The position numbers and the translations under genes were made by a program. From assembly GCF_006345805.1 (NCBI RefSeq), contig NW_021835991.1, positions 62,001-126,000 of the forward strand: a stretch of 64,000 nucleotides of DNA. Direction: 5' to 3'. Positions 62,322-64,000 of the stretch are shown here, one piece after another. This DNA is from Octopus sinensis. Its lineage: Eukaryota. Positions within the stretch are counted from its first letter, which is position 1. Each line of letters opens with the position of its first letter. The notes under the pieces were generated by a model. The model ran no database searches and was not told the origin of the DNA. It saw only the letters and a list, made by a program, of their open reading frames with translations.

Positions 62322-64000
62322 TTTTTTTGGTTGTTCAATAAGACGGGAAATATTTGTATGCATTTTTTTGGAGTTGATGTTTTATAATTATTCAATTAGA
62401 CGGGAAATATTTATATGCATTTTTTGTAGTTTATTTTTATAATTATTCAATGTCGTAGGTATGGAATTAAACGAAGCAAGAAATTGATGCCAAATTGGGA
62501 AAGTAATTACAATGGAAAGGAACGTTCGGAAATTTGTTGCTTCTTTGGTGGAAACTTGTTGCTTTTGAAAGCAGCGGGGTAATAGAATGGAACTTAAATA
62601 CCTATTCTATACTAATTGATCGGGTTACATCTAAATTATCCAAAAATTGTCCTCCTTCCTATAAAAAGTCTCTTAATCGAACAAACTGGGAGGAAATTGC
62701 TTTTGATAATGTCGACTCAAAATGTCGAAATCAGAGTTGACACGTCAATTATAACTGAAACGAAAGTCCAATTTAATTAGATAATTTAAAATTTGAAATA
62801 TTAGTAAATATATTATTCAATATAACAAGCCGGACATTTTTCTATACGACAAAAAATTAAACCAGATATGGCTAATAGAGATTGGAGTGACGTGTGTGAA
62901 TAATTTTTGGTTATTACGTGGGAAGGAATAACATCCAGATTCTATGAACACTACCAAAATTCCCTACAAGTCCAGTCCCTTCAGACAATCGTAATCAAGA
63001 AAACATTGAAGAGCATGCTTGAGGAAAACAAGAATTCTGCGGGTCATTAATGCAAAGAAAACACATATGGCCACTATCGCAGAATTTTTATTTGAAAATA
63101 CAATAAAAAGTTGAAAAAATTAAAAAAACGATTCAGTCCAATCTGTTACTAACAATGAATTTGTGAAAATCCGAGTCGATACAAACCTCCTGACTAATAA
63201 TGCTATCCCGAATAAGGAGGCAGACATATTTGTTTATGACAAATCGAGCAACACAATTACTTTTATCGAGGTGGGGATCACTTCACAAAATTGTCCCAAG
63301 CAGGTCAAAGTGGAAAAGTTCCATTGTAAATAAATTGACAATATCGAATATGATAAAAATCAACGTGGATATTTACGAACACATCAAAAAAGTAAATAAA
63401 ATAATATAAAAATCAAGGACAATAGAACATTTGAATAAATATGAAAAGCAAAATATAAATTAGTAATTTCAAAATTAAAAAATTTCGAAACTAATAATGA
63501 TATTTATCAAATGGATATCGTTTAGGAAATATAATAAAAATATACAAAAAATAACGACTATTTTGTTTTTTTGTTTTATTATTAACACATATAGCGTGGC
63601 TTGTGCATTTTCTTTTATATTAAAATAAAAGTCCTAATTTGTAAATTAAGAATTCCTAAAAGACTATTTAGGAAATACTTAGTACCTAGGAAATATGAAA
63701 ATATTTAGGAAATGGGAATAGGAAATAGTGAATATAACATTGATTCAGATATTAATAGTGAATAAGATTAATAATGTTGAATATTCGCAAAAAACTAGCT
63801 TTATTGCACCATTCGTAATAAAAATTGATTATGAGGTAGAAAATATCAACTCAATAACAGAAAGAGTAATTGAAAATTATATAGTTATAATACAGATTTT
63901 TCGTGACATTGATGGAAATTTTTTTGTTCAAATTTTTCAATTGTTATCGGCCATTATGAGAAATTTGCTGTTGATACACATTGTAATACGGTCAGCATCT

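Larger units (their letters stand above)
45250..64000. repeat. About 3.3-kb tandem duplication; copy A is split by the Helitron
   Basis: 45250-46702 + 59973-60880 matches 61866-64000. Confidence 0.9.

Overview
AT-rich eukaryotic (metazoan-type) genomic DNA with ultra-short spliceosomal introns, mostly 23-31 nt. Ciliary genes, standard stop codons and this intron size point to a dicyemid-like animal; that assignment is inference. Host genes recovered by manual splicing are Rab2, an NPC2/ML-domain protein, a damaged GH18 chitinase and IFT20, plus a 5.1-kb block (TFIIA-large N-terminal half, GPATCH11, AK8) present twice. The rest is dense transposon sequence: CRE-clade retroelements, an intact intron-containing pogo/Tigger transposon, and Ginger-like TGTCGCG elements with intron-containing integrases. 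At 19.8-25.4 kb a four-level nest contains a LINE with a twin-priming-type inversion. The most striking structure is a 13.3-kb non-autonomous Helitron (46703-59972). Its 5' end and an internal higher-order 85/86-bp satellite are triplicated head-to-tail, it has two CTAG 3' termini, and its 5' junction duplicates 10 bp of target, which can be checked against an empty paralogous site at 63.3 kb.
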